This document shows, piece by piece, positions 18,013-27,511 of a stretch of 36,683 nucleotides of DNA. A model generated the notes under the pieces. It did not search any database and was not told the origin of the DNA. It was given only the letters and a program-made list of their open reading frames with translations. Made by a program: the position numbers and the translations under genes. The stretch is from a bacterium. Lineage in GTDB: Bacteria; AUK180. Position 1 is the stretch's first letter, and each line of letters opens with the position of its first letter. The DNA lies in NCBI GenBank assembly GCA_030622125.1, contig JAUXGM010000002.1, positions 1 through 36,683 on the forward strand, written 5' to 3'.

Positions 18013-18646
18013 CCACTATTCTAAAAACATTTAATGTTTTTCCCTTTCCCTTAACATTAAGTTTATCATAGTAAACTACCATTCCATACGGAACAATGAG
18101 TTTATTTAAATCCGATTTAAATACAACATCGGGAATAAATGGAAGTATGATCTCATTTTCTCGTGCTTCCTTTTGTAGCCGCGCTGCAACATTAACAGGA
18201 TCCCCGATCACTGAAACTTCTTTACTTTTATCGTCTAAGGAAGAAAATCCCATAAAAACATCTCCCATCCATATACCTGTGGAAACCCTCAGCGGGATCT
18301 TTAAATTTCTTCCTAATACCGTTATGTAAGTAGCAATCTTAAGACTGCTTGAAATTGCTTTAATAAGATATTGCTTGTTGTCAATATTATATTTATTTGA
18401 AAAGATCGCCCCGTAGAGAGCCATTATCCCATCGCCCAAGAATTTATCTATAACACCGTCATAAGAATAGATAACATCCGATGCATGCGCATAAAATTTG
18501 TTTAATATTTTAATAACCTTATCCTCACTTTGATTATTTATTGCTTTGTCCACCATTTTTGTGAATCCGCAAAGATCGACAAAGCTTATTATTACATTAT
18601 CGCCATGGATAAAATCAACTATTTCAAATTTTTTTTTGTTATTCAC
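17981..18646 (-). CDS. Stand-alone class III adenylate/guanylate cyclase catalytic domain
   Basis: FVDLCGFT and DKFLGDG (metal-binding Asp pair; Lys typical of ATP specificity), VIGDPVNVAARLQ (Asn/Arg), VKGK. Confidence 0.92.
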   Translation of the reverse strand: MNNKKKFEIVDFIHGDNVIISFVDLCGFTKMVDKAINNQSEDKVIKILNKFYAHASDVIYSYDGVIDKFLGDGIMALYGAIFSNKYNIDNKQYLIKAISSSLKIATYITVLGRNLKIPLRVSTGIWMGDVFMGFSSLDDKSKEVSVIGDPVNVAARLQKEARENEIILPFIPDVVFKSDLNKLIVPYGMVVYYDKLNVKGKGKTLNVFRIVDEDIYWQKDG

Positions 18647-19434
18647 TTTAAAAAGGAGAGGATCAGTCCGGTAAAATATAATTGATTCAGTTCTTCTTTT
18701 TTAATTTCTCTTTGAACGAATCTTCCGAGTATCCAAACAAAAAATTTATCCTTTCTTTTTAAAGGATACATTACAAGATATTCCTGTAAATTTAAGGATT
18801 TTACCGATCTATAAAGGGTAACAATATTTCCCTCATCCAATAAAGTCAGGGTTTTTTCATCTATCTCAGGGATCTTATCATAAAAAGAGGTAGAGATATC
18901 CGTCCTTCTTAATTTATTATTTTTACCAATCTCGGCAAGAAGAAAATTTTCAATATTGAAACGATAGACAATGTTTTTTAAATTTTTCCAGAATTTTTCA
19001 CCATCATTAAATTGAAGATAGGGCGATAGCACCCTGTAAAAAATTTGAAGATAATCTTCGTGTTGCTCTGCTTCTTTTAAAAGGGTTACTCGGACACTAT
19101 CTTTATCTACATAAGAAAAAAGATTGTATTTTCTTTGAAAAATATCCTCCTCACCTTCAAAATAGATAAAAACATTTTTTCCGATCTTCACCCTATCGGA
19201 GGGATGCAGTCGTTTAAGACGATACCTGATATTGTTAATAAAAAGCCCATTATGTGAATTATTATCAATGATATATAGATCGCCTTTATGATCAAAAAAT
19301 GTTGTGTGAAGCTTTGAAACATAACTATCATTTATAGTAATATCATTATCAACCGCTCTTCCTATTGTTACTCCATTTTTTAATGGATAACAATTGCCTT
19401 CAAGTTTTCCGGATGTTGCATATATAAGTTTCAT
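18643..19434 (-). CDS. FHA-domain protein with a possible degenerate GAF-like C-terminal domain
   Basis: TIGR..NDI, VSKLH, SHNGLFIN and DRVKIG are the FHA phosphothreonine-binding residues; the C-terminal YLVMYPL..FFVWIL...EELNQL pattern is GAF-like. Confidence 0.8.
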   Translation of the reverse strand: MKLIYATSGKLEGNCYPLKNGVTIGRAVDNDITINDSYVSKLHTTFFDHKGDLYIIDNNSHNGLFINNIRYRLKRLHPSDRVKIGKNVFIYFEGEEDIFQRKYNLFSYVDKDSVRVTLLKEAEQHEDYLQIFYRVLSPYLQFNDGEKFWKNLKNIVYRFNIENFLLAEIGKNNKLRRTDISTSFYDKIPEIDEKTLTLLDEGNIVTLYRSVKSLNLQEYLVMYPLKRKDKFFVWILGRFVQREIKKEELNQLYFTGLILSFLK

Positions 19435-20285
19435 CTTATGCTCTCCATATATTTTTTTAGTTTTTTATCCATTTTAGTTCCTATAATTACATCTTCTAAT
19501 CCAAATTCCTCATTATTCGGTTTATCGTGAAATCCGATCTGCCAAAATAATTTTCCGTCTTCAGGCAGGGTTAAGATCTTTATTTTATCTTTTGCTTTCG
19601 GTATTTCACCTTTTTTGATCTTATCAAGATGGTAGATGTATTTTATTTTTTTTATTTTATATTCTTTTATTTTATCATCTATTTCAGGATAATCGGTTAT
19701 TAAAAATACCTGATCGTATTTTTTAATAAGTAGTTTCAATTCCTTCAAAGAATTTTCCAATGAAAGCAAATTGATATCGGCATAATAGTTCGGTAGGTTT
19801 GTATGTCCCGTAATAGAAATAAAAATAAATTTCTCCCCGTTTATATTTCTTTCGATATAGGGATGAAACAATCTCTTGCCATTCTTGGCAAGAAGAGTAA
19901 ATGATGAAAAAAGAAGAGTGGAACCATCTATCTCCTGTGAATAAAATTTCGGAAGCTCTTTATAATCATACGCAGTTACAAAATAAGCGTCATAACCCAT
20001 AAATTCCATCAATCTCAAGAGTTTCACTCTTCCTATCTGTAAAGAAGAGATGGAATTACCGCCATCAAAGATAAATGTTTCGTTAGATATATTCCTGATC
20101 TTATTGATCAGATAACTCCTTTCAAATATTCGTCCTCTCTTTACCTTACAGACGCAATGTTCAATAAATCCTCCTGTATTTCCGGTAAAAATTATAGAGT
20201 AATTATAGATTATTTTTTGTTTATTGCAATTTAAAAATGCAAAAATTAGAAAAATAAGAAGAAAAAATTTGTAAAATTTTAACAT
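19431..20285 (-). CDS. UshA/5'-nucleotidase-like N-terminal-domain lipoprotein with a CxC motif
   Basis: Lipobox FLN-C; IIFTGNTGGFIEHCVC...GRIFER, FDGGN, MGYDA, HPYIER..NG. Confidence 0.65.
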   Translation of the reverse strand: MLKFYKFFLLIFLIFAFLNCNKQKIIYNYSIIFTGNTGGFIEHCVCKVKRGRIFERSYLINKIRNISNETFIFDGGNSISSLQIGRVKLLRLMEFMGYDAYFVTAYDYKELPKFYSQEIDGSTLLFSSFTLLAKNGKRLFHPYIERNINGEKFIFISITGHTNLPNYYADINLLSLENSLKELKLLIKKYDQVFLITDYPEIDDKIKEYKIKKIKYIYHLDKIKKGEIPKAKDKIKILTLPEDGKLFWQIGFHDKPNNEEFGLEDVIIGTKMDKKLKKYMESIR

Positions 20286-20287
20286 TT

Positions 20288-20302
20288 TGTTATAATATTA
20301 TA
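20288..20302. promoter_or_regulatory. Bidirectional -10 palindrome TATAATATTATA between divergent genes
   Basis: Perfect 12-bp palindrome at 20291-20302 in a 20-bp intergenic gap; the plus-strand copy is an extended -10 (TGT-TATAAT). Confidence 0.55.
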
Positions 20303-20305
20303 TAA

Positions 20306-23300
20306 ATGTTTGCAAAAAAATTCAAGTCTTTATTGTTTTTTTTGTTTTTCTCCATTACTATCTTTATTCAAAGTGCTGTTATTGAGGAATCTCCCGATCA
20401 GATAAATCCATTTTTGGAATCACCGAAGACAGTATTGGTAGAAAAGAAAAAAAGACCGTTTTTAAAAAGAAAGAAATCATTTCTTCCCAAACCGGCATTC
20501 ATACTTAAAGGCGGGAAAGGAGGGCTGCTTCCGGAACTTGAAATATCGGCGATCAAAAGTAATATCTCATTGAGTATCTTTAAAAATCTCTCTTTTTCCT
20601 TTTCAAATAAGGTTTATCCCAATGACCCGAATAGAGCAGCAACGTATCAGCCGAATTTAAATCAAAGTATGAAATTAAATCTGAAAGGAATAGTTGGTGA
20701 CAGATTGAATATATTGATCAAATACGACGATACGCAAAAAACATTTAATATAGATCAAAATATTTCTTTAAAATATATCGGCAAGAAGGATGAGATATTG
20801 AGTTATTTGGAAGCGGGGAATATCAATCTTTCCCTTCCGAATACACAATTCGTTTCATACAATAAAAATTTCTTTGGAATAAAAGGAAAACTTATATTTG
20901 AAGATATTCCGATAATCCCAGGAAAATTACAATTATTTCCGATCATAGGTGTATCCGAAAATAAAACAATATCTGCGACCTATAGCGGAAATACATCAAA
21001 TACAAAGAAAACCATATCCGACTGCGGATACGCAAAGAACAGTGTCTTTGTTCTTTATAGAAATGTACCGGAAGGAACTCATTCCAAATATGCTTATAAC
21101 GATCTTATCAATAATTTTTTGGGTGACTACAAGGTTATAGGGAATTCCGAGGTTATCTATTATGACAACCGTATTGGCACAGATAATACCGAGGCAACGG
21201 TAGCAGCAGGACCCAAACAGGGAGAAACGCAGATATGGAATTTTGATCAGCTTTTGCGAGGAACGGATTATTATATAGATACGGTCAGTGGGCTGCTTTA
21301 TTTGCAAAAAAGTATTAAGGACAACGGGCTCTTGATCGGAGCTTTTCAGGTCCAGAACAATACAACCGCTGAAATAATTGATATAGGAAATAATTTAACA
21401 CCCTTTATTGATGATAATGATTCCGGTTTTTTTGATGATGATCCTGCTCCCGGTATGGATAATGATAATGATGGGGATACCCGCGAGGATACTATTGACG
21501 GAATTGACAATGACGGCGACGGGCAGATAGATGAAGACCCCGATGATATCTGGATCGATGGCGGTTCTGCTCAAACAGGAACCGATCCCTATCAAAGCGG
21601 ATATATCTTTTTAAAGGCGGAGCAGAACCGTTATATGGGGAATGCCCTTGTAAATGTTTATAAAACAGGCATTACCGGAATATCTCCCGGTGATGTTACG
21701 GTCAATATAATAAATAAGAATGATCCTGATGGTGATAATGATCCGACGGTATTTACAACCTCTTCCGGAAAGAAAATATCGTATCTTGCTATATTCGGAC
21801 TTGATATGGAGCCGATTGACGGGAGAATAGATATAAGATTTCTTGATACGGATAACGGCTATCTGATATTTTCGGATGCGACTCCTTTTGATCTTACGGA
21901 TAACGATACTTCTTCAAGTAGTTATTTTGAGAAACTTAGACTTGAAAAGGGACTTGATGATACCGACATAAATGAAATTATAGAAAAATGTTCAAATAAA
22001 TATATATACGCAGTAAATGATTCTTTAATCGATCCATTTAATATCTCTCAAACAAAGTTTGACATTTCATTGGAATATGCGGCACCGCAAAAAAGCTATA
22101 ATCTTCATTGGGATATTAAAGAGGGTTCGGAGGTTGTCAAGGTGGACGGTATTATAACACGCCGCGGCACGGATTATACGATTGACTATAATACGGGAAA
22201 TTTGACATTTATAAATGAAGAGATATTAAGAGGGAATGCAAAGGTGGAGATCGCTTATGAATATGTTCCTTTCGGGGTAACAGAACAAAAATATGTATTG
22301 GGAAATCGGTTTGAATGGAATGTAAGCAAGAATTTTTTCATCGGTTCCACTATAATAAGTGAAAGATTCTTAAAGAAACAGACCGAGATACCGCAACCGG
22401 GAAATGAGCCGGAAAGTAAATTTGTATTTGATGTTGACGGTTCTCTTAATATTACAAAGGACTTTCTGAAAAGGACACTATTTTCTCTTCCCATATTAAA
22501 AAAATCCGAACCTTACGATATCAAATTATCGGGTGAATACGCATATTCATACAACAACCCCAATACATATAAGAAGACCGCAATTGAAACAATGGAGGCA
22601 ACAAAGACCACAGAAAGCCCGAGCACATCCTATAAATTATGGAATCTTTCATCAAAACCCGCCGTTCTTTCTTCTGCTGATACAAGGGCAAAGACAACTA
22701 AGATTCAATTTAAGGATATCGATGATTTTAATAATTTCGGTGAATTCGGATTTTATTCCTGTAAGGATGATGATAGTCATCCCTATACGCCATCGGAAGA
22801 GGAGGGTCTGCAGTCCGGTCATATTGAGGACTCCTTATTCTTTAAATTATCGAAAGGAAATAGCTGGGCTGGTATTCAAAATGTATTTTCCACGAATTTT
22901 ATAGATATGTCACGGAAAACCTCACTTGATTTTTGGATTAAAAATCTAAAAAGCCTTCCGAAAAATGCAATTATTCACATCGATATCGGATTGATCTCGG
23001 AAGATAGTGACGGAGATATTTTTCTTGATACGGAGGATACGAACAGTAACGGTAGTTTAAATCTTGATGAGGACACGGGAATTACATTTGATTACGATAC
23101 CGCTACAACATCTATATTGGGAAAGGATGACGGTAGTTTACAAAGTGAGGACCTTGATAAAGATGGACTTTTAGATACCGCCGAGAGATATTATACATAT
23201 ACATCGGATATCTTAAATTCTATTTCGGAAGGGGATGGATGGCAATTCGTTTCGATACCTCTAAATCTTGAAAATGATGAAAAGCAGGGAAATCCTTCCC

Positions 23301-25606
23301 CAAACAATGTCAAATATGTTAGAATATGGATTGAAAACTTGGCGGTCAACGATCTATACTTTAAGATACAAAATTTTTCACTGTCGGGAAATAATTGGGA
23401 AAAGGGGATCGTTGAAAATGGCATTGCTCCCGAATATCTCTCCATATCGGCAATATCAATGGATGACCCCAATTTCAGCCGATTTTTTGATAGCGATGAA
23501 AAGAGCGATAGAGAAGCACTATGTTTGGATTTTCTTATAGATGGAACAGCAGCAAACACAAAGACGGCATATACAAAATTAGTAAGCCAGCGAGGTATAA
23601 ATATATCCAACTACAATAATGTGGAGATATCAACATTGGGGTATGAAATGCCGCAGGATACAGCAGTATATACACTTTATCTTAAGATGGGAATAGATGA
23701 GAACAACTATTGGAGGATACCGCTTTCAATAAAAAAAGGAGTTGATATTTCACAATGGGTTGTAAATAAGATGAATATAAAAAATATTGCTCAATACGAA
23801 AAGACAGGTAATCCCTCTCTATTAAATGTAAAATATCTATCGTTGGAGATAATAACCGGTAGTTCGATACAGGGAAAATTCTTTATAAACAATATTATCT
23901 TAACGGATCCGGATATTCTCAAAGATAGTGCATACAGAGCATCTATCTCAACTACCTTACCCGGGATTGGTCCAATTTCCGTTAATTATAGTAATGTCGG
24001 CGGACGGTTCAGTGCGCTCGGAAGTAGTAGGACAGGTTCAAATGTAAGGGGGTTCGCTTCAAGTTTAACCGTAAATACATTAAAATGGCTGCCCGTCAGT
24101 TTAGGATACACAAATACCACCTCTACATTAAGGGATATCCTTCAACTCTCTCAATCATCTTCAAATTATCAAACAAAAAATGAGAGTTTTAGAATGTCTA
24201 CAAGTTTAAATTTAGGACGATATATATGGAAATATTTACCGTCCATTTCATATTCGTATTCAAATGGAACAAATGCGGGATACGCATTGGAAGATAATCA
24301 CTCAGTAGAAAGATCAAAGAGTATAAATGAGGTTCATACCATTTCCTTGAAATTAACAAGGCTTCTTTTTTTATTGGAGAATCTTAATATAAGCAGTGGT
24401 AAAAATGTAAATTTAAGTAAATACAACAAACATTATGACTCGACAAAGGAAAACAGTTCAACGATCAGAAATAATATATCTCTCAATTTTAAAATTCGGT
24501 TTTTTAATATTCAAAATTCATTTCTATACAATAACAGTATCCTGAACGGATTTAAACAAAATGATGCCCTTACATACAATTTGTCAACGAATATATCTAT
24601 CTTGAAATCGGTCATTGAACCGAGAATTTCTCTTAAGGCATCACTTGGCAGGCTCTATTATAAAGATACTCTTTCGGAAGATGTTGACGCTACCAATGTT
24701 AAATTCGGCACAACTGCTTCGATTACCAATAGATTATCATTGCGGTCGCTTTTACGAAATCTTCACCTCCTTTCACTGAATACGATCAACCTGAATGGAT
24801 CTTATACAAAAACCAATTCATCCAATATTACAGCTTATGAAGGTATATTCCCTATTAAAAACAGTCTGGATATTCTTCGGAAAAAATTTGATAAGGAGAT
24901 CTATGCCAATCTTACCGATCAACAGAAAATAAACATTTCCCTCAGCTATATCCCTATTAGCTTTATGAATTTTTCGGGATCGTATAATTATCTAATTATG
25001 GATACGGTCATATCGGGAACGGAGGTTGTCGATACAACACACACAATAAGCTCCAATCTTACCTTGACAAAACTTGATAAATTATTCAAATTCTTAAAAA
25101 AGACATCGCTTTTAATTGGTTTTCAATATTCTCTGAATGAAAAATCCGGATCGGATTATATTACAGAAACATATACTCCATCCCTTTCATTCCCGATAAA
25201 TTTTTCACCAAAATTAAATCAGTCATTTCGTCTATCCTATTCTAAAAAGGTAAATACTCGCTTTGATATAGATAAAACCACTTCAAATACATTGACATTT
25301 TCTTCCAATTGGAATTATCGGTTGGATCTTAAATATGGAATAAAATTACCGTTTTTAAAGAACAAGATCAAGGCAAGTAGTCCTATAAACACAAAATTAG
25401 GAATTTCTTACTCAATATTAAGAAGTGATCAAATAAATACAACCGAATCCAATAGTTTGAATGTAAACGGAGGATTTGATTATAGATTTTCAAAGAACTT
25501 TGTTTTCAACTCAAATCTTTCATATTCCCTCTATAAGAATATAACGGAAAGAAGATTGGATTATAGAGAATTTAAGTTTACAATAGGGGGGAATATTGTT
25601 TTTTAA
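20306..25606 (+). CDS. sprA: SprA/Sov-like large outer-membrane beta-barrel protein (type IX secretion translocon homolog)
   Basis: Signal peptide; SprA-like blocks MKLNLKGIVGDRLNILIKYD, LKYIGKKDEILSYLEAGNINLSLP..FFGIK, GSEVVKVDG..RGTDYTIDYNTG, LGNRFEW..FFIGST, IDIGLISED, GNPSLLNVK..GKFFINNIILTD; amphipathic C-terminal strands ending in Phe. Confidence 0.75.
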   Translation: MFAKKFKSLLFFLFFSITIFIQSAVIEESPDQINPFLESPKTVLVEKKKRPFLKRKKSFLPKPAFILKGGKGGLLPELEISAIKSNISLSIFKNLSFSFSNKVYPNDPNRAATYQPNLNQSMKLNLKGIVGDRLNILIKYDDTQKTFNIDQNISLKYIGKKDEILSYLEAGNINLSLPNTQFVSYNKNFFGIKGKLIFEDIPIIPGKLQLFPIIGVSENKTISATYSGNTSNTKKTISDCGYAKNSVFVLYRNVPEGTHSKYAYNDLINNFLGDYKVIGNSEVIYYDNRIGTDNTEATVAAGPKQGETQIWNFDQLLRGTDYYIDTVSGLLYLQKSIKDNGLLIGAFQVQNNTTAEIIDIGNNLTPFIDDNDSGFFDDDPAPGMDNDNDGDTREDTIDGIDNDGDGQIDEDPDDIWIDGGSAQTGTDPYQSGYIFLKAEQNRYMGNALVNVYKTGITGISPGDVTVNIINKNDPDGDNDPTVFTTSSGKKISYLAIFGLDMEPIDGRIDIRFLDTDNGYLIFSDATPFDLTDNDTSSSSYFEKLRLEKGLDDTDINEIIEKCSNKYIYAVNDSLIDPFNISQTKFDISLEYAAPQKSYNLHWDIKEGSEVVKVDGIITRRGTDYTIDYNTGNLTFINEEILRGNAKVEIAYEYVPFGVTEQKYVLGNRFEWNVSKNFFIGSTIISERFLKKQTEIPQPGNEPESKFVFDVDGSLNITKDFLKRTLFSLPILKKSEPYDIKLSGEYAYSYNNPNTYKKTAIETMEATKTTESPSTSYKLWNLSSKPAVLSSADTRAKTTKIQFKDIDDFNNFGEFGFYSCKDDDSHPYTPSEEEGLQSGHIEDSLFFKLSKGNSWAGIQNVFSTNFIDMSRKTSLDFWIKNLKSLPKNAIIHIDIGLISEDSDGDIFLDTEDTNSNGSLNLDEDTGITFDYDTATTSILGKDDGSLQSEDLDKDGLLDTAERYYTYTSDILNSISEGDGWQFVSIPLNLENDEKQGNPSPNNVKYVRIWIENLAVNDLYFKIQNFSLSGNNWEKGIVENGIAPEYLSISAISMDDPNFSRFFDSDEKSDREALCLDFLIDGTAANTKTAYTKLVSQRGINISNYNNVEISTLGYEMPQDTAVYTLYLKMGIDENNYWRIPLSIKKGVDISQWVVNKMNIKNIAQYEKTGNPSLLNVKYLSLEIITGSSIQGKFFINNIILTDPDILKDSAYRASISTTLPGIGPISVNYSNVGGRFSALGSSRTGSNVRGFASSLTVNTLKWLPVSLGYTNTTSTLRDILQLSQSSSNYQTKNESFRMSTSLNLGRYIWKYLPSISYSYSNGTNAGYALEDNHSVERSKSINEVHTISLKLTRLLFLLENLNISSGKNVNLSKYNKHYDSTKENSSTIRNNISLNFKIRFFNIQNSFLYNNSILNGFKQNDALTYNLSTNISILKSVIEPRISLKASLGRLYYKDTLSEDVDATNVKFGTTASITNRLSLRSLLRNLHLLSLNTINLNGSYTKTNSSNITAYEGIFPIKNSLDILRKKFDKEIYANLTDQQKINISLSYIPISFMNFSGSYNYLIMDTVISGTEVVDTTHTISSNLTLTKLDKLFKFLKKTSLLIGFQYSLNEKSGSDYITETYTPSLSFPINFSPKLNQSFRLSYSKKVNTRFDIDKTTSNTLTFSSNWNYRLDLKYGIKLPFLKNKIKASSPINTKLGISYSILRSDQINTTESNSLNVNGGFDYRFSKNFVFNSNLSYSLYKNITERRLDYREFKFTIGGNIVF

Positions 25607-25624
25607 TTTATATTTGAAGTTCTA

Positions 25625-26218
25625 ATGTCTAAATCACAAAATCTTGGTGCACCTGATTCGTTTGCTCTTTTTTTTAAAAGAAAAAGCATAAGAAATTATG
25701 CGGATACTTTTGTTGAACGGGAAAAGATCATGAAGATAATGGAAGCGGTCAGATGGTCACCTTCTGCACAAAACTCTCAGCCATGGGAATTTCTCATCAT
25801 AGATGATCAAGAACGAAAAAAAGATACCGTAGATCATTGCGGATTGAATACCAACCGTTCTATTCTTAATTCCGCACCTGTTTTGATCATTGGTCTTGCA
25901 AATTCTAAGTCAAGCGTCAAAATGCATGGAATAGATTACTATCTCATAGATTTTGCAATTGCAATGGAACACCTGATATTAGCAGCAGCAGCGTTGGATT
26001 TAGGTACCTGTTGGATGGCATGGTATAATGAGAAAAAATTAAAAAAATTTCTGAATATTCCGGAAAAAATGAGGATCGTTGCAATTTCACCACTTGGCTA
26101 TCCAAAGAATAAAAAAACATTTTTGGATTTTGTTTCCTCAAAGATCGTGGCAAAAAGTGGAAAAAGAAAAAAAATAGAAAAATTTCTATTTTTTAATGAA
26201 TATGGAAGAACCGATTAA
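25625..26218 (+). CDS. Nitroreductase family protein
   Basis: RKSIRNY, SPSAQNSQPWEF, LAAAALDLGTCW, PLGYP. Confidence 0.93.
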   Translation: MSKSQNLGAPDSFALFFKRKSIRNYADTFVEREKIMKIMEAVRWSPSAQNSQPWEFLIIDDQERKKDTVDHCGLNTNRSILNSAPVLIIGLANSKSSVKMHGIDYYLIDFAIAMEHLILAAAALDLGTCWMAWYNEKKLKKFLNIPEKMRIVAISPLGYPKNKKTFLDFVSSKIVAKSGKRKKIEKFLFFNEYGRTD

Positions 26219-26897
26219 ATATTATTTAAAAAAATATGGAGTAATAACATCAAATATTACAAAAATCGCTACCGGCTATAAGTATTCGCTTGTTATGTTA
26301 AAAAACGGCAATATCGGTGTCTGTGCGAATCTATTAAGAAACATCAATGTAAGTATAAGAGATCTGATCCATCCCGATCTTGATAATATTGAACATAGAA
26401 TAATTCTAAATGCCTATTTTAATGCACTTCTTAACTATTCACAAAACTATGATAAGAAGGTAGACATCTACAATGGGATAAATTTTGGGAAATATAAAAA
26501 TATCGTTATGATAGGGCTTTTTAAGCCACTTTTAAAAAAGTTTAAAAATGATAATATAAATATCTCAATTTTTGATATGATGAAAAAAGACGGTGTTATA
26601 CATATATCAAAAGAAAGTGAATATGTTGGACAAGCAGATGCAATTATTCTTTCCGGAACAACAATTTTTAATAAGACATTTATTAATATCACTGAAAATA
26701 CAAATCCCGACTGTGAAGTATTTTTATTGGGACCCTCCGTTATTATGGATCAGGATATGTTCAAATACAGAAATATCAAAGGACTTTTCGGTTCAATATT
26801 CGGAAAATATGATCAGCGGGTCATCAAGGTAATCGAAGAAAATGGCGGCACACCGCAATTTTCCCCTTATGCACAAAAATGTGCCGAGATACACTAA
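26196..26897 (+). CDS. DUF364 (Rossmann-like, DUF4213/DUF364) family protein
   Basis: G..Y..V....IGVC, AYFNAL, VMIGLFKP, ADAIILSGTTIFNKTF, LLGPS, GG..QF. Confidence 0.78.
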   Translation: MNMEEPIKYYLKKYGVITSNITKIATGYKYSLVMLKNGNIGVCANLLRNINVSIRDLIHPDLDNIEHRIILNAYFNALLNYSQNYDKKVDIYNGINFGKYKNIVMIGLFKPLLKKFKNDNINISIFDMMKKDGVIHISKESEYVGQADAIILSGTTIFNKTFINITENTNPDCEVFLLGPSVIMDQDMFKYRNIKGLFGSIFGKYDQRVIKVIEENGGTPQFSPYAQKCAEIH

Positions 26898-27499
26898 TAA
26901 TCTAATTCTTTCTTGATCTTTTCTATAAGTTCACCTATTTCAAGTACTTTTTTATTTTCAGGAAGATCCAGTTTCTGTTTGTTTTCTTCCAATTCCTTTT
27001 TTGTTTTTGCCAATTTTACTTTAAATTCTTCTTTCTGTGCAACGGTATATGTTGAGGTGTCTGTTTTTGAAAGAGATTCCAATGCTTTTTCGGAACTTCC
27101 GATGATATATTTAATTCCCGTCAATCCTCCGAATTTTTGTTGTGTCATAAATAGTTCGTTGCCTATCTGACTATATTTTTCATAAGTCATATCAGTATTT
27201 TCTTTAATAATAGCATCAAGTTTTTTGCCTTTTACGCCGGCAAGTGTTGCTGCAACGGTCGGAACTTCAAAATTAATTTCATCACTTGAATACTTTTCAT
27301 TTAATTTTTTTACATCGGTATAATATTTTTTTAACATTTCCTCTGTAAATTCGATCTTCTTTTTAGTTGCCGTTTTTGCAGTAACCTCAACCTGTTTTTT
27401 TACACTCTTAGCTGCTTCTACATACCTTTTTGCCGATTTAAGTTTGGAACAACCCATAAACAGAACCAGCAATGCCATAATAATTGCTACTTTTTTCAT
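26894..27499 (-). CDS. Hypothetical helical lipoprotein
   Basis: SD GGAGG; lipobox LFMG-C; Lys/Glu-rich helices. Confidence 0.7.
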   Translation of the reverse strand: MKKVAIIMALLVLFMGCSKLKSAKRYVEAAKSVKKQVEVTAKTATKKKIEFTEEMLKKYYTDVKKLNEKYSSDEINFEVPTVAATLAGVKGKKLDAIIKENTDMTYEKYSQIGNELFMTQQKFGGLTGIKYIIGSSEKALESLSKTDTSTYTVAQKEEFKVKLAKTKKELEENKQKLDLPENKKVLEIGELIEKIKKELDY

Positions 27500-27511
27500 A
27501 GTAACCTCCGA

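Noticed and set aside
20148-20156. Selenocysteine in the UshA-like CxC motif
   Set aside because: Both codons are Cys (TGC, TGT); there is no in-frame TGA.
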